In this document: one piece after another, positions 48,155-58,223 of the stretch
How positions within the stretch are numbered: position 1 is the first letter of the stretch
Layout: the number at the start of each line of letters is the position of its first letter
NCBI GenBank assembly: GCA_050287085.1
Contig: JBNKBE010000003.1
Coordinates: 271,350-335,349 of the forward strand
Direction: 5' to 3'
DNA: 64,000 nucleotides
Origin: Polyangiaceae bacterium
Lineage (GTDB): Bacteria; Myxococcota_A; Polyangia; Polyangiales; Polyangiaceae
Translations under genes and position numbers: made by a program
Notes under the pieces: model-generated
Seen by the model: only the letters and a program-made list of their open reading frames with translations
Databases searched by the model: none
What the model was told of the DNA's origin: nothing

Positions 48155-49102
48155 TCAGTGTTGGGTCAATTCCGCCGGATCGACCACCGCGGTTGCCAGA
48201 CGACACAGTTCAGGCGGCGGCGGCGTGCCCGGTGCCGGATACTTGGGAAACAACACGTATCCAGCGGCAGAAGCCCGAATTTCTGGGGTGCCGGCTTCGC
48301 TCAAGAGCTCTCCTTCGTCGACAGCAGTCCAGTTGCATAGGCCGGCTCGCAGGCGCTCCGCCCCGGTGCGGACTGAAACCACCTCTCGCGTTGCAAACCA
48401 CCGGACAGGCGCTCCCTCCGGCAACACGGCTCTGAGCGCCGCGCCGCGGGCCCCCGAGTCCACCAACGCAATAGCGCGCAGCATCGCTCGATAGGTTATC
48501 TCGGCCTGAGCGGGGTCATGACCCCGCTCCCCCACCTCGAGCGTCAGCCCGACACGCCCGCGACCCCGGACATACTCGTCTAAGCAGCACGTGCCCGGCG
48601 AGAAGCTCTGACCTGCTGCGCGCGTCAGCCCCAAGGGCGCCGCGGCCAGTGCGTTGGCCCAGTCGCCCAGATCATCTTGCCACGGAAAGGTCCAAAACGC
48701 CGAGGACGTCGGTGTCTGAGTCTGGTGAAAATCTATGAATACGTCAGCATCGTCCAGTATCGGACGCACCCGCTCCGCCAGACGTCGTTCGTGGCTGCTC
48801 GCAGGACGGTCAAAGGTGAACACGCGATTAAAGTCCTCCTCCAAGAAGCGCTGCCCCGCGAGGGCCGCGTCGGTATTGCCGAGAAGGATTGTCACGCGGC
48901 TCCGGGTCTGCACTTCTCCATTCGCCAAGGCGCGTACGAGACGCAGGGCGGCCGGCAAGGTTCCAAATTCGTTGCCGTGTGTCAGACACCCCAGCACGAG
49001 ATGACGCTCGCAGCCGGTACCTGCGAAGTGGTGACAATAGCGGTAGCTATAAGGGCCCGGATGCGCAAGAGCCTCAAACTCACGAAGCGAGTCGACCAGC
49101 AT
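48155..49102 (-). CDS. Succinylglutamate desuccinylase/aspartoacylase (M14) family protein
   Basis: THGNE, GN..A....RF...D.NR, DFHQ, LEVG. Confidence 0.88.
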   Translation of the reverse strand: MLVDSLREFEALAHPGPYSYRYCHHFAGTGCERHLVLGCLTHGNEFGTLPAALRLVRALANGEVQTRSRVTILLGNTDAALAGQRFLEEDFNRVFTFDRPASSHERRLAERVRPILDDADVFIDFHQTQTPTSSAFWTFPWQDDLGDWANALAAAPLGLTRAAGQSFSPGTCCLDEYVRGRGRVGLTLEVGERGHDPAQAEITYRAMLRAIALVDSGARGAALRAVLPEGAPVRWFATREVVSVRTGAERLRAGLCNWTAVDEGELLSEAGTPEIRASAAGYVLFPKYPAPGTPPPPELCRLATAVVDPAELTQH

Positions 49103-49573
49103 TCACCGCTCGTAGCTCACAACGCGCTCAGACCAGAAGCAAAAGTGCAACGAGTGCAACAAGAACGCCGGGGGCACTACCCCGGTGCTCTCTCGGGCCG
49201 TGCTGACTCGACGACGTAGGCCGCAGCCCGCATCCCGGACCCCATAAAACCTCGCATTTCTGCGGACGGTCTGCCCCTGGCCCCTCACTTCGACGCAACG
49301 TATGGCCGGACGCTCAGCAATCGTTGTCCAAGGCCGAAGAGGGAGGCCGGCCCCAGGTCCAGACGGCCCGGATCACGGGTCACAATTCCGCTGCACTGCA
49401 AGCTTCCGAGAAGCGCGGACCTGCTTCACCACCGACGTGACCAAGCTTTACTCGACATGGTATTCTTCCCTAGTTTTGTCGGGGGGTCCATTGCAGGACA
49501 ACGCTCGGACCGTCAGGATTGCTGAGTCCCGGCGCGGAGCCCCCGCACTGACATCGAAAGCACACCATACGCC

Positions 49574-51997
49574 ATGCGCTTAGCTCAACCTCCCTTCCAG
49601 TCTCCGTCGACCGATAGTGCTGGCTCCCCCAGCAACCTCACCACCGGTAGTCTCACTACTGAGACGCCAGCACTGAGCGGCCCCGTCAGCGCCGATCTGG
49701 CGACGAATGGCGTGGTAACACCATTGCCTTACCTTGGGTCGCGGCGACGGCTCAGGACTGCGGTGCTGTCGACGACTCTCTCTTTGGCCGCCAGCGTCGT
49801 ATTGCTCAGCTGCGCCGCCGGAGACAAGCCCAGCAACCCGGGTTCGGGCGACGGCAACGGCAGCCCCGGAGCCAATGGCGGCAACGGCAACGGCGGGGGC
49901 TCCAGCGGAAGCGGCTCGAATCGCGGCGACGGCCCCAAGACCCCAGTCCCGGGTGACACTGTCGAAGACGACGACTTCATCCTGGGCGGTGACCTGGCAG
50001 ATCTTCCAGCGCCCGAAGGCTGCGGAGACGGTACGCTCACCACCAACGAAGCCTGTGACGACGGCAATCTGAAGGATGGAGATGGCTGCTCCGCGAATTG
50101 TCTCCAGTTGGAACCTGGGTTCAGCTGCGCCGCCCCAGGTAAGGCGTGCCAAGCCATCGCTCGCTGCGGCGATGGCCTCGTGGCTTCGTCTGAACAATGT
50201 GACGATGGCAATCGCGTCGCGGGCGACGGATGCAGCGAAAGGTGTCGCATCGAGCTCGGTAAGAAGTGCGAAGGCTCACCAAGTGTTTGCACGGACGCTG
50301 AGTGTGGGGACGGCAAGATCGAAGGCGCCGAAGCCTGTGACGACGGCAACAAGCAGCCCTTTGACGGTTGCTCCGCCGTGTGCCTGCGCGAACCCAATTG
50401 TGAAGGCCTCTCCTGCACCTCCGACTGCGGTGATGGCTTGGTCATCAACGAAGAATGCGACGACGGCAACAACATCGATGGCGATGGGTGTTCGTCTACG
50501 TGCAAGACCGAAGAAGGCTTCGCCTGCATACAACAAGCCGTATGTGACAAGCTCGATCCGGATAGCGACGAGTGCATCCTGCGAGTACCGGCGATCTTCC
50601 GCGACTTCTCCGGAAGCCATCCCGACTTTCTGGACGCTACGGGCGACCGAATCACCGCCGGAGAGGTGCTTACGGGGTTGGTCAACGCCGAGCTAGATGC
50701 TGACGGCAAGCCCGCATTATCAGGTACCAACCAGCGGGCAGCCCATATCTCGTCGGCCGAGTCTTTCTCGGAGTGGTACCGCGACGGGAAGTCTGAGTTT
50801 ACGCTGGTGGGTGAACTCGTTCTCTTCGACAACGGTGACGGCGGCTATGTCAACCGCTTCGGCTCCGAAGGTGAGCAGTTCACCTCGATCGATAAGACGC
50901 AAGAGCAGGGCGCCGGCGCGAATCTGCAGCAGTGCGAGGCACGTTGCGCCGAAATGGCGCGCAACGCCCACGGCTCTGGCTGCGACAACCTATGCCGTCC
51001 AAGAACGGACGCCGTACGTCAAACCGACCAGCAGCTGCAACAGGCGACCCAACAGCTGGCGGACGCGGAGAGGCAGCTCGACGACCAGATCCAGCAGGCC
51101 ATCAACCAAGGGATTGACCTAGACGCGGGCGCCCCAATTGGCGTTACGCAAGCCCAAGAGCGTGTCGACGCGGCGGAAGCCACCATCGAAACCCTGACGC
51201 AGCAGGTTGCCGACCTCACGGCAATCGCCGAGGAGTGCACGACGGAATGCGAAGACGAAGTCGCCGAAGACACCAAGCTGTGCACAACTCAGTGTGGCCC
51301 CTGCAGCTACGATCCGGACCAATACTGCATCGGGGGTGAGTTGGTTTATTGGGATGGCAATCCGCTATTCTTCCCGGTGGACTCCGCCACTGGTGCCACC
51401 GTAGACCGGGGGCGAGCCAAGATTCCTGAGCAATACGGGTACGACGGCTGGCCCTGGGAGGACGAGTGGTTCCCGGACGCCCCCGCCCACAACTTCTACT
51501 TCACGTCCGAGGTGCAGTACTGGTTCCGCTTCGAGGAGAACACCAACGCGACGCTCGCCTTCACGGGTGATGATGATGTCTGGGTCTTCATCAACGGCAA
51601 GCTTGCCGTTGACTTGGGCGGCGTTCACGTACCGGAGGACGGGACCGTTACCATCAACCAGGCAAGCGCCGCCAGGTTCGACCTCGAGCCCGGCAACGTC
51701 TACACCATCAAAGTCTTCCACGCTGAACGACAGATGGAGGGCTCTTCCTTCAAGCTGACCCTCTCGGGCTTCGAAGCGACGCCGAGCGAGTGCAAGGCTG
51801 ACTGTGGTGATGGCGTCCTCAGCTTTGGGGAGGAATGTGACGACGGCGTCAACGATGGCGGCTACGGCGAATGCGCCGAAGGCTGCGTACTTGGCCCATA
51901 TTGTGGTGATGGCATCGTCCAACCCGGCGAGGATTGTGACAATGGCCCCGGCGGCGGCCCCGGCTGCCCCAACTGTCGCATCCTGATCATCCAATAG
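49574..51997 (+). CDS. Fibro-slime (PA14-like) domain lipoprotein with myxococcal Cys-rich repeats (DUF4215)
   Basis: Repeated CGDG....E.CDDGN....DGCS..C; RDF....HPDF, HNFYFTSE, F.GDDDVWVFING.L..DLGG.H, FHAER. Confidence 0.92.
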   Translation: MRLAQPPFQSPSTDSAGSPSNLTTGSLTTETPALSGPVSADLATNGVVTPLPYLGSRRRLRTAVLSTTLSLAASVVLLSCAAGDKPSNPGSGDGNGSPGANGGNGNGGGSSGSGSNRGDGPKTPVPGDTVEDDDFILGGDLADLPAPEGCGDGTLTTNEACDDGNLKDGDGCSANCLQLEPGFSCAAPGKACQAIARCGDGLVASSEQCDDGNRVAGDGCSERCRIELGKKCEGSPSVCTDAECGDGKIEGAEACDDGNKQPFDGCSAVCLREPNCEGLSCTSDCGDGLVINEECDDGNNIDGDGCSSTCKTEEGFACIQQAVCDKLDPDSDECILRVPAIFRDFSGSHPDFLDATGDRITAGEVLTGLVNAELDADGKPALSGTNQRAAHISSAESFSEWYRDGKSEFTLVGELVLFDNGDGGYVNRFGSEGEQFTSIDKTQEQGAGANLQQCEARCAEMARNAHGSGCDNLCRPRTDAVRQTDQQLQQATQQLADAERQLDDQIQQAINQGIDLDAGAPIGVTQAQERVDAAEATIETLTQQVADLTAIAEECTTECEDEVAEDTKLCTTQCGPCSYDPDQYCIGGELVYWDGNPLFFPVDSATGATVDRGRAKIPEQYGYDGWPWEDEWFPDAPAHNFYFTSEVQYWFRFEENTNATLAFTGDDDVWVFINGKLAVDLGGVHVPEDGTVTINQASAARFDLEPGNVYTIKVFHAERQMEGSSFKLTLSGFEATPSECKADCGDGVLSFGEECDDGVNDGGYGECAEGCVLGPYCGDGIVQPGEDCDNGPGGGPGCPNCRILIIQ

Positions 51998-52005
51998 ACT
52001 GGTTT

Positions 52006-52041
52006 GAGCGGTTCGGGCTCCGGATACCGGAGCTCGACGCT
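52006..52041 (+). terminator. Stem-loop after the fibro-slime gene
   Basis: gagcg..ggctccgg-ata-ccggagct..cgctc; no U-tract. Confidence 0.4.
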
Positions 52042-52127
52042 CTCGCGGCAGGCTCGCTGCGGCACTGGCGCTTGACGCCTTGAGCTGTCGTCAGTTGCTT
52101 GCTTCCCAGAGCGACCAACGCTAGTGC

Positions 52128-53366
52128 GTGAACATGGACTCGAATCCGCTCGACATCGTGTTCACCGGCTTTGGTGTGGTGAACCACCTAGGTCACGACG
52201 TAGAAGACGTAGCCACCCAATTGCGGGAAGGCCGGGGAAAGCCCTTTGCCCGTTGGCAGCCCGCCGTCGAATACGACGGACGTTGCCAGTTGCTCGGCCT
52301 GGTGGAAGCTGACCTGGGAAACAAGGCGCTCAACATCAGCGCCAGCCAAGGTCGCTTCCTGGGCCGTAGCGGACGGCTCGCCCTGCTCGCAGCGCGACAA
52401 GCGGTGGCGCAGTCTGGCTGTGATCCCACAGAGTTGGCGGTTCTCGCAGGCAGTGGCGTCGGCGACTGCGATATGTTCGACGAAATCGCCACCAAGCTAA
52501 GCAAGACGCATAGCATGCGAAAGGTTACGCCTGCTGCCGTTCCCAAGCTGATGGCCTCGACGGTCTCGGCCAACCTCGCCACAGTCTTCGGGGCACGAGG
52601 GCCTTCGTGCAGCGTCACTGCGGCCTGTGCCGGCGGCGCGTACAACATCACCCTCGGAGCGCTCCTGTTGCAGGCGGGCGCCGCCAAGGCTGCGCTCGTG
52701 GGCGGCGCCGAAGCAACTCATCTCAGCTTCTACTCCGGCTTTGACAGCATGCGCGCCTACAACGGAGACGACAACGAGCGGCCCGAACGCGCTTCCCGCC
52801 CCTACGCCAAAGACCGCGCCGGTTTCATCTTCGCCGAAGGCGCGGGCATGGCGGTCATCGAAACTCGGGCTTCAGCGCACTCGCGCGGAGCACGAATTCT
52901 GGGTGAGCTCCGCGGCTTCGGCATGTCATCGGACGGTACCGGAGACATGGTCGCGCCCAGCGCTGAAGGCGGTCTACGCGCCATGCAGGCTGCACTGCGA
53001 CACAGCCAGGTCGCCCCGGTGGATATTGGCTACGTCAACACCCACGGCACGTCGACCCCGCTGGGTGACATCAGCGAAGTGCGTGCCATGCGCTCGGCTC
53101 TCGAGGGCCGCCACGTGCCCTATTCCTCGATAAAGGGCTACACCGGGCACTCGGTGTCGGCCGCAGGCGCCATCGAGGCGATCTTCACCCTAAAGATGCT
53201 CAACGAAGGGTGGGTCGCTCCCTGCATCAACATCGACGAGCTCGATCCTGAGCTCACCGACTACCCGCCCGTCATCAGCCCCGGCCCCTTGGCAGCGGAA
53301 GTCGCTATGTCGAACTCGTTCGGCTTTGGTGGAACCAATATCACGCTCGTGCTGGGCAAGGCCTGA
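52128..53366 (+). CDS. Beta-ketoacyl-ACP synthase (FabB/FabF type)
   Basis: TAACAG (Cys), NTHGTSTP and KGYTGHS (His-His), SNSFGFGGTN. Confidence 0.93.
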   Translation: MNMDSNPLDIVFTGFGVVNHLGHDVEDVATQLREGRGKPFARWQPAVEYDGRCQLLGLVEADLGNKALNISASQGRFLGRSGRLALLAARQAVAQSGCDPTELAVLAGSGVGDCDMFDEIATKLSKTHSMRKVTPAAVPKLMASTVSANLATVFGARGPSCSVTAACAGGAYNITLGALLLQAGAAKAALVGGAEATHLSFYSGFDSMRAYNGDDNERPERASRPYAKDRAGFIFAEGAGMAVIETRASAHSRGARILGELRGFGMSSDGTGDMVAPSAEGGLRAMQAALRHSQVAPVDIGYVNTHGTSTPLGDISEVRAMRSALEGRHVPYSSIKGYTGHSVSAAGAIEAIFTLKMLNEGWVAPCINIDELDPELTDYPPVISPGPLAAEVAMSNSFGFGGTNITLVLGKA

Positions 53367-54375
53367 GCAACAATTCCAAAGGCGCCCCGTTTCCCGTCTA
53401 TCAATTCGCCGCATCGCAGAGGCCACTTTTGACGAGTGGACGACGGCGTATGAGCAGAGTTCGGATGCCACCTTCTTTCAGGGGCCGACATGGCTCAACC
53501 TTTTCGCCAAGCACTCCGAGGTGGCCGCGCGGGCTCGCTGTGTCCGATTTGAGTGGCAAGACGGTCGGGTAGCCCTTCTGCCGTTTCTCCACACCTCGCC
53601 GCCGCTGGCGCAGTTGCGTGGAGGTGTCTATTGCTCTGCCGCCGACACGTACGGCGGACTGCTCGCGAGCGAGCCACTACCTTTGGAAAACGTCGTCCAG
53701 GTATGGCGATGGCTCTTGTCGCAGGCCGCCCAGGCGCGGGTGCGACCCAACCCGTTTTCTCCTTCACAGGTGGCGGCGTTGCTGGCGGCTCTTCCAGGAC
53801 GAGCTTATGGGGTCAGCTATTGTCCTGACGTCACCCACGCACTGCCTCTTTCTTCCCTTGCTGGCCCCATCTCTTCGCGTTTCCACGACAGTCACCGGCG
53901 TGCCACGAAGCGAGCGCGCAGGGCCGGGGTCAAGTGCTTTGCGAGTCGCTCCGCGAGCGCCCTCGAACGCTACTGGGAGCTCTACACCAAGGCGCGGAAG
54001 CGCTGGGGCACCAGCGCCGGCTCCCACTACTCACTCGCGTTGCTGCAAGACCTGGCCCAGGCCCCTGGCGCCACACTGTGGCTTGCAGAACACAACGGAC
54101 ACACGATTGCTGGCGCCCTCCTCTTGGCCAGTAGGACCCACGTCGCATATTGGCATGGCGCCACCGATCATGAAGCTTACCAGTATCGACCGCTCCACTT
54201 CCTGCTTGAAAGCGCGATCGAAAGCGCCCGCGCTGCCGGCCATCGCTATTTTGACTTCAACCCGAGTGGCGGACATATGGGGGTTCGGCGCTTCAAGGCC
54301 GGTTTCGGCGCGGATATCGTAAGCAGCCCGATGGCGGTCGTAGCGGCTCCCGCGCGGCGCTTGCTCCGCGGCTGA
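53326..54375 (+). CDS. GNAT / FemAB-like acyltransferase (start uncertain)
   Basis: W....ATFFQ..W, TYGG, 'YWHGA', 'YFDFNPS..H.GV.RFK.GFGA'. Confidence 0.8.
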   Translation: MVEPISRSCWARPEQQFQRRPVSRLSIRRIAEATFDEWTTAYEQSSDATFFQGPTWLNLFAKHSEVAARARCVRFEWQDGRVALLPFLHTSPPLAQLRGGVYCSAADTYGGLLASEPLPLENVVQVWRWLLSQAAQARVRPNPFSPSQVAALLAALPGRAYGVSYCPDVTHALPLSSLAGPISSRFHDSHRRATKRARRAGVKCFASRSASALERYWELYTKARKRWGTSAGSHYSLALLQDLAQAPGATLWLAEHNGHTIAGALLLASRTHVAYWHGATDHEAYQYRPLHFLLESAIESARAAGHRYFDFNPSGGHMGVRRFKAGFGADIVSSPMAVVAAPARRLLRG

Positions 54376-54419
54376 AGAAGACCCTCCGGGCTAACTGGAC
54401 GGAAGGAGTCGTAGTCGCC

Positions 54420-54998
54420 ATGCTTCGGAGACCGATGTTCAACTGGATGCAGACCTGGATGGAAGGCGGGCGCGCGCAGCTCGCCGAAGCGCGCCAGCGC
54501 GTTGAGCTGCGGCATCGCTTTCCGAGCACCGCTTTTGAACGAGGGGTGCGGATCAAGGGTCCCCTCGACCATCTGGACATCGGGGCTGGCTCTGTCGTTC
54601 AATGTGGCGCCGTCCTACACCTAGGAGGGGGCACCTGGTGTCAGCATACCGGAGCACTCCGACTCGGCGCCCGCGCAGTGCTGTCGCCGCACGTGGTGAT
54701 TTACGCGGCAGGGCCTGGAGGGGTCCACGTCGGAGACGACTTCGACTGCGGTCCGGGCGTTGGTATCTTCGCGTCGCGCTCGCGTCTTCCCGGCGAGGCA
54801 GCACCTCACTACTTCGCGCCCGTGGTCATAGGCAATCGCGTAACCCTCTTTGCCAACGCCGTGGTCAGCCCGGGCGTCACGATCGGGGACGGCGCCGTGA
54901 TCGCAGCCTGCGCCGTGGTCACCCGCGACGTTCCAGCTGGCGCCTTCGTAGGTGGCGCCCCTGCCCACGTGCTGCGAACAGGCAAGACGCCATCGTGA
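54420..54998 (+). CDS. Left-handed beta-helix O-acyltransferase
   Basis: Hexapeptide repeats 'PVVIGNRV....NAVV.PGVTIGDGAVIAA.AVVTRDVP......GAPA'; AGGAG RBS. Confidence 0.88.
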   Translation: MLRRPMFNWMQTWMEGGRAQLAEARQRVELRHRFPSTAFERGVRIKGPLDHLDIGAGSVVQCGAVLHLGGGTWCQHTGALRLGARAVLSPHVVIYAAGPGGVHVGDDFDCGPGVGIFASRSRLPGEAAPHYFAPVVIGNRVTLFANAVVSPGVTIGDGAVIAACAVVTRDVPAGAFVGGAPAHVLRTGKTPS

Positions 54999-55355
54999 AC
55001 GGCGGGTCTCTATCCAGCTCCCGTGGCAGCGTCGCAAGCGGCATCTAGCGATCCAGCGCTGTCGCCCCCTAGCCCTGCGCTGCCGCTGCGGGCTCCCTCG
55101 GCCCTTGCATGAGACGCGGGGGCCCATCCGCGCTCTTCAGACCGGCGTGAAGAATGTCTGCGACGGGCCAGCTATGACCGTGCGCCCTTCCGGCGGGACG
55201 GGCCGCTTTTCGAGGCGGCGCGTCCACGGCTCCGCCAGTCGTACACGACGCCCACCCAATGCGTTATCATGCACTCGCTTCGCCGCCTAGGCGAGGACAT
55301 ACGGGCTCCAGACAGCAACGGCGCGACGCCGCGCTGCACAGGGGGTAATGGGTAC

Positions 55356-56024
55356 ATGGCAAGCTCAGCTCAAGCACGGAATTATGCGCTCCTTCTCGTA
55401 TTGTTTGTGTTCTCCCTCGGGGCCATCGTGGCATCTTTGCCCGGGGACTGGAATACCGTGGACGGCTCCAAACACGCTGCCAATGTCTCCGGTATCGCGG
55501 TGGGCATGCTGTCGCTGATCCTTGGCTTCAGCAGCTTTCTTCAGGCAACGGAGTTGAACGAAATCAAGTCCCAACAAGAAGAACGAAATCTCCATCTCAG
55601 AGCGATCGAAACACAACTGAAGCAGAGGCAGTTTGTAGATCCTGGAGTCAAGACACTGCTCGAACTCCACAAAGACTTCTGGGACGAGAGCCTCGCGGAG
55701 GCTAGGTCAGTGCTGACAGGGACCCAGGCCTACGAGGCGTCCGCGGCCTGGTTGAAGCGCGAAGACGCGGATACCGAATACACCCTCGAACACTCAACAA
55801 CGCTCGACAAGGTCGACAGACTTTGTTCGCTGGTTCTGCGTGCTTTGCACGTCGCTACTTCCGACAACGTTGGAGAGCGACGCGAAACATTCGCAGGCCT
55901 TGGCTTAACATGGTGGACCCATATTATCGTAAACGGAGAGCACCTACATCCGGCCTATGTCGAGCAGAACTGGAAAAGCATAGCGCGTCTCCACGACCTC
56001 CTGGGCGCGGCAGCCCCTCTTTAA
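55356..56024 (+). CDS. Hypothetical two-TM membrane protein
   Basis: Two hydrophobic helices then soluble helical domain; no family recognised. Confidence 0.55.
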   Translation: MASSAQARNYALLLVLFVFSLGAIVASLPGDWNTVDGSKHAANVSGIAVGMLSLILGFSSFLQATELNEIKSQQEERNLHLRAIETQLKQRQFVDPGVKTLLELHKDFWDESLAEARSVLTGTQAYEASAAWLKREDADTEYTLEHSTTLDKVDRLCSLVLRALHVATSDNVGERRETFAGLGLTWWTHIIVNGEHLHPAYVEQNWKSIARLHDLLGAAAPL

Positions 56025-56055
56025 GCCGGCAGTTCCGGAAGAACTCGAAGCAGCG

Positions 56056-56736
56056 CTAGTCCAACCGAATTGGCACGTGTTTCTTTGGCTTCTTCACCCG
56101 TCGCCGGCGCTTGGGTTTCGGCTTATCGTCAACCAGCGTCGGCGCATACACGAGCACGTCGTCTTGCTCCGCAGCGACCAGAGTTGTATTGGGATTCACG
56201 GGTTTGACATAGCGGTGAGCGCTGGTATCGAGCGCTACGCCTATCCGTGCCGCCGGTGGGCGCCGGAGCAAGACATGCGCCACGCCGTACGCGTCGGTCT
56301 TAGCAACCTCCCGGCCGTCGACGGATATGCCTATGTCTGGGAATCCGGTCCGAACCAGCAGCACGTTGTCTCGCTCCGTCGGCGTGCAAACCAACGCTTC
56401 CTGAATCGGGGCGATCTTGCCCGTCTGCATGGACCGCACCTGAGTTAACACCACAACAAACTCGTTTTGAGATGTTGTGAACCCTTCGGGACAAGTGAGG
56501 CCCCCCTTGAGACGAGTGCCGTCCGGAGCCTGATGGGTGAAGAGCGCCGTTCCGTTAGCATCCGTAACGCCCTCGCTATGGTGCTCCAACGCAACGCGTA
56601 CACCCGTCAACGGCTGCCCGTCCGATGTCACTGTGATGGCGATTTGATGCTGGGGCACGGGCGGCTTTTCGCAGCCCAAGAGTCCCGCAAACGAGAGCCC
56701 CAGAATGCCAAGCCACCCCCCAAGGCGCGCTGTCAC
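56056..56736 (-). CDS. Lipoprotein with Ig/prealbumin-like domains, last gene of the Tad-like cluster
   Basis: Lipobox LLGC, 'GQPL.GV.V', 'G.TD.NG', 'KTDAYG'; basic tail; 4-nt overlap with upstream gene. Confidence 0.65.
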   Translation of the reverse strand: MTARLGGWLGILGLSFAGLLGCEKPPVPQHQIAITVTSDGQPLTGVRVALEHHSEGVTDANGTALFTHQAPDGTRLKGGLTCPEGFTTSQNEFVVVLTQVRSMQTGKIAPIQEALVCTPTERDNVLLVRTGFPDIGISVDGREVAKTDAYGVAHVLLRRPPAARIGVALDTSAHRYVKPVNPNTTLVAAEQDDVLVYAPTLVDDKPKPKRRRRVKKPKKHVPIRLD

Positions 56737-58223
56737 TGTTGCCCTCCCGCCGATACCTTGCTCGCGATTATTCTCGCCATGGCCGAAAGCGCGGGGTCCT
56801 GCGGGTATTCGGTCGCAAGCCTGCGGTAGCGCGTCAACGCCTTGTCGTAATCGCCGTTCAGATACGCCGCCGCCGCCTCGTCGGTATTGAGCACGACGGG
56901 CCCGTCTGCCGGGGCCGGCTCGGGGGTAGCCGTCTTGGTGTCCGAAGAGGAAGGCTTACCATCAAGAGCCTCCAGCGCCTCCCCCTCCTGAGCCGGCGTC
57001 GCCCCTGCGCTCGACGCACTGGGAGCCAAAGCCGACGCACTGGGAGCGGGAATAGCGGGACTATTAGCCTGGTCCGCAGCCGCAATTTGTTCACGAAGCG
57101 CCGGCGAGCTTGAGCCGGCACTGTCGCGCGATTCGAAAAGAAAAGTGGCGCCCAGAACAAGCAGCGCCACAACCGCCCCAAGGCCCAGAAATAGCGTTCG
57201 TGTGGGAACCCCCCCCTTGGCGTCTTTCGACTTGGCTCCTCGTCCCGAGCCCTTGAGCTTCTGCACGAGCTCCGGCGAAACGCCATCCGCCTCCATTGTC
57301 ATCAGGCCCCAATGCCCCCCCGCCTTACTGCTGTCGGACGAAACAGCCTGGATGGGTCCAGTTACGAGACCGCCGCCCGCTGGGGGTCGTCCCGATTCTG
57401 GGGTTGAGCCAGCCAGTGCCGCGGCCGGTCGCCGGGCAAAGTCCGAGGCCGACATTTCAACCGTCGCTCGGCCCCCGGTTGGAGCATGCGGTCGCAAGCT
57501 TGCCGGGATGCCGCTATCGCCGTCCGACTGGAGCCTTGCTCCGCTCTCGAGCTGAGCAGACGTCGCTCCGGGGCCAGCTTGTGCCACTTGCCAAGCTGAT
57601 GCGCTGAGCGGAGATGGCACCCCAACAGAAGAAACGGGATGAGCGTCGGTCACCCCAAGTCCAGCTGGCGCCCGCTCCCCGAAGCCCGCCGGCTGGGGCA
57701 GACCGGAAAGAGGCATGGCCGCCGTCGGTACCTCGGCCGCCGTGGGGCCCACTCCTCGAAAAGACGCGCTCGACCCGTCGGGAAGACTCCCGGGGCGCGA
57801 ACTCCAGGCGGCGGCGCCTGCCTGAGGGAGCTGAAGCGCGCTTGCCGCTCCTGAGTCCGCCGACGCAAGCGGAGGCTCCGCCGCCATATAATTTGCCCCT
57901 CCCGCCGTCGGGTCACCTGCGCGCCAATCCGGGCCCGCCGCGCCCAACTGCGTCCTTTGCAGAAGCTCCTGACGCGCCGGGCCCTGCGCTCGCTCTGAAC
58001 CCGGGTGGGACACATCCACCGGGGGCGCCATGACCATCGTGCCGAACGCACCTCTCGCGCTGGTCGGTGCCGGCCCGACGGGCATGCGACTCCCTTCCGG
58101 AGCGATTGCTTGGATAGGCGTCCCCATCACCTGGGTGCGCAGCAAGGCCTTGTTCGGGCTCGTCCCGGCACGGGGAGACGCCTCGCTTTCGGGTCGGCTT
58201 TCGGGTCGCTTTGGGTCGGTCAT
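56733..58223 (-). CDS. Bitopic low-complexity protein with C-terminal TPR-like motif
   Basis: Pro/Ala/Ser-rich N-region, one TM segment (LFLGLGAVVALLVLG), 'AAAAYLNGDYDKAL..Y..LA..YP'; 4-nt overlaps both sides. Confidence 0.65.
   Translation of the reverse strand: MTDPKRPESRPESEASPRAGTSPNKALLRTQVMGTPIQAIAPEGSRMPVGPAPTSARGAFGTMVMAPPVDVSHPGSERAQGPARQELLQRTQLGAAGPDWRAGDPTAGGANYMAAEPPLASADSGAASALQLPQAGAAAWSSRPGSLPDGSSASFRGVGPTAAEVPTAAMPLSGLPQPAGFGERAPAGLGVTDAHPVSSVGVPSPLSASAWQVAQAGPGATSAQLESGARLQSDGDSGIPASLRPHAPTGGRATVEMSASDFARRPAAALAGSTPESGRPPAGGGLVTGPIQAVSSDSSKAGGHWGLMTMEADGVSPELVQKLKGSGRGAKSKDAKGGVPTRTLFLGLGAVVALLVLGATFLFESRDSAGSSSPALREQIAAADQANSPAIPAPSASALAPSASSAGATPAQEGEALEALDGKPSSSDTKTATPEPAPADGPVVLNTDEAAAAYLNGDYDKALTRYRRLATEYPQDPALSAMARIIASKVSAGGQQ

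Noticed and set aside
49143..49185. Short direct repeat (AGTGCAAC x2) and small hairpin upstream of the M14 hydrolase
   Set aside because: Too short to distinguish from chance without comparative data
50020..50510. Regularly spaced DNA repeats suggestive of an array
   Set aside because: They encode CGDG/CDDGN Cys-rich protein repeats with codon variation; not CRISPR
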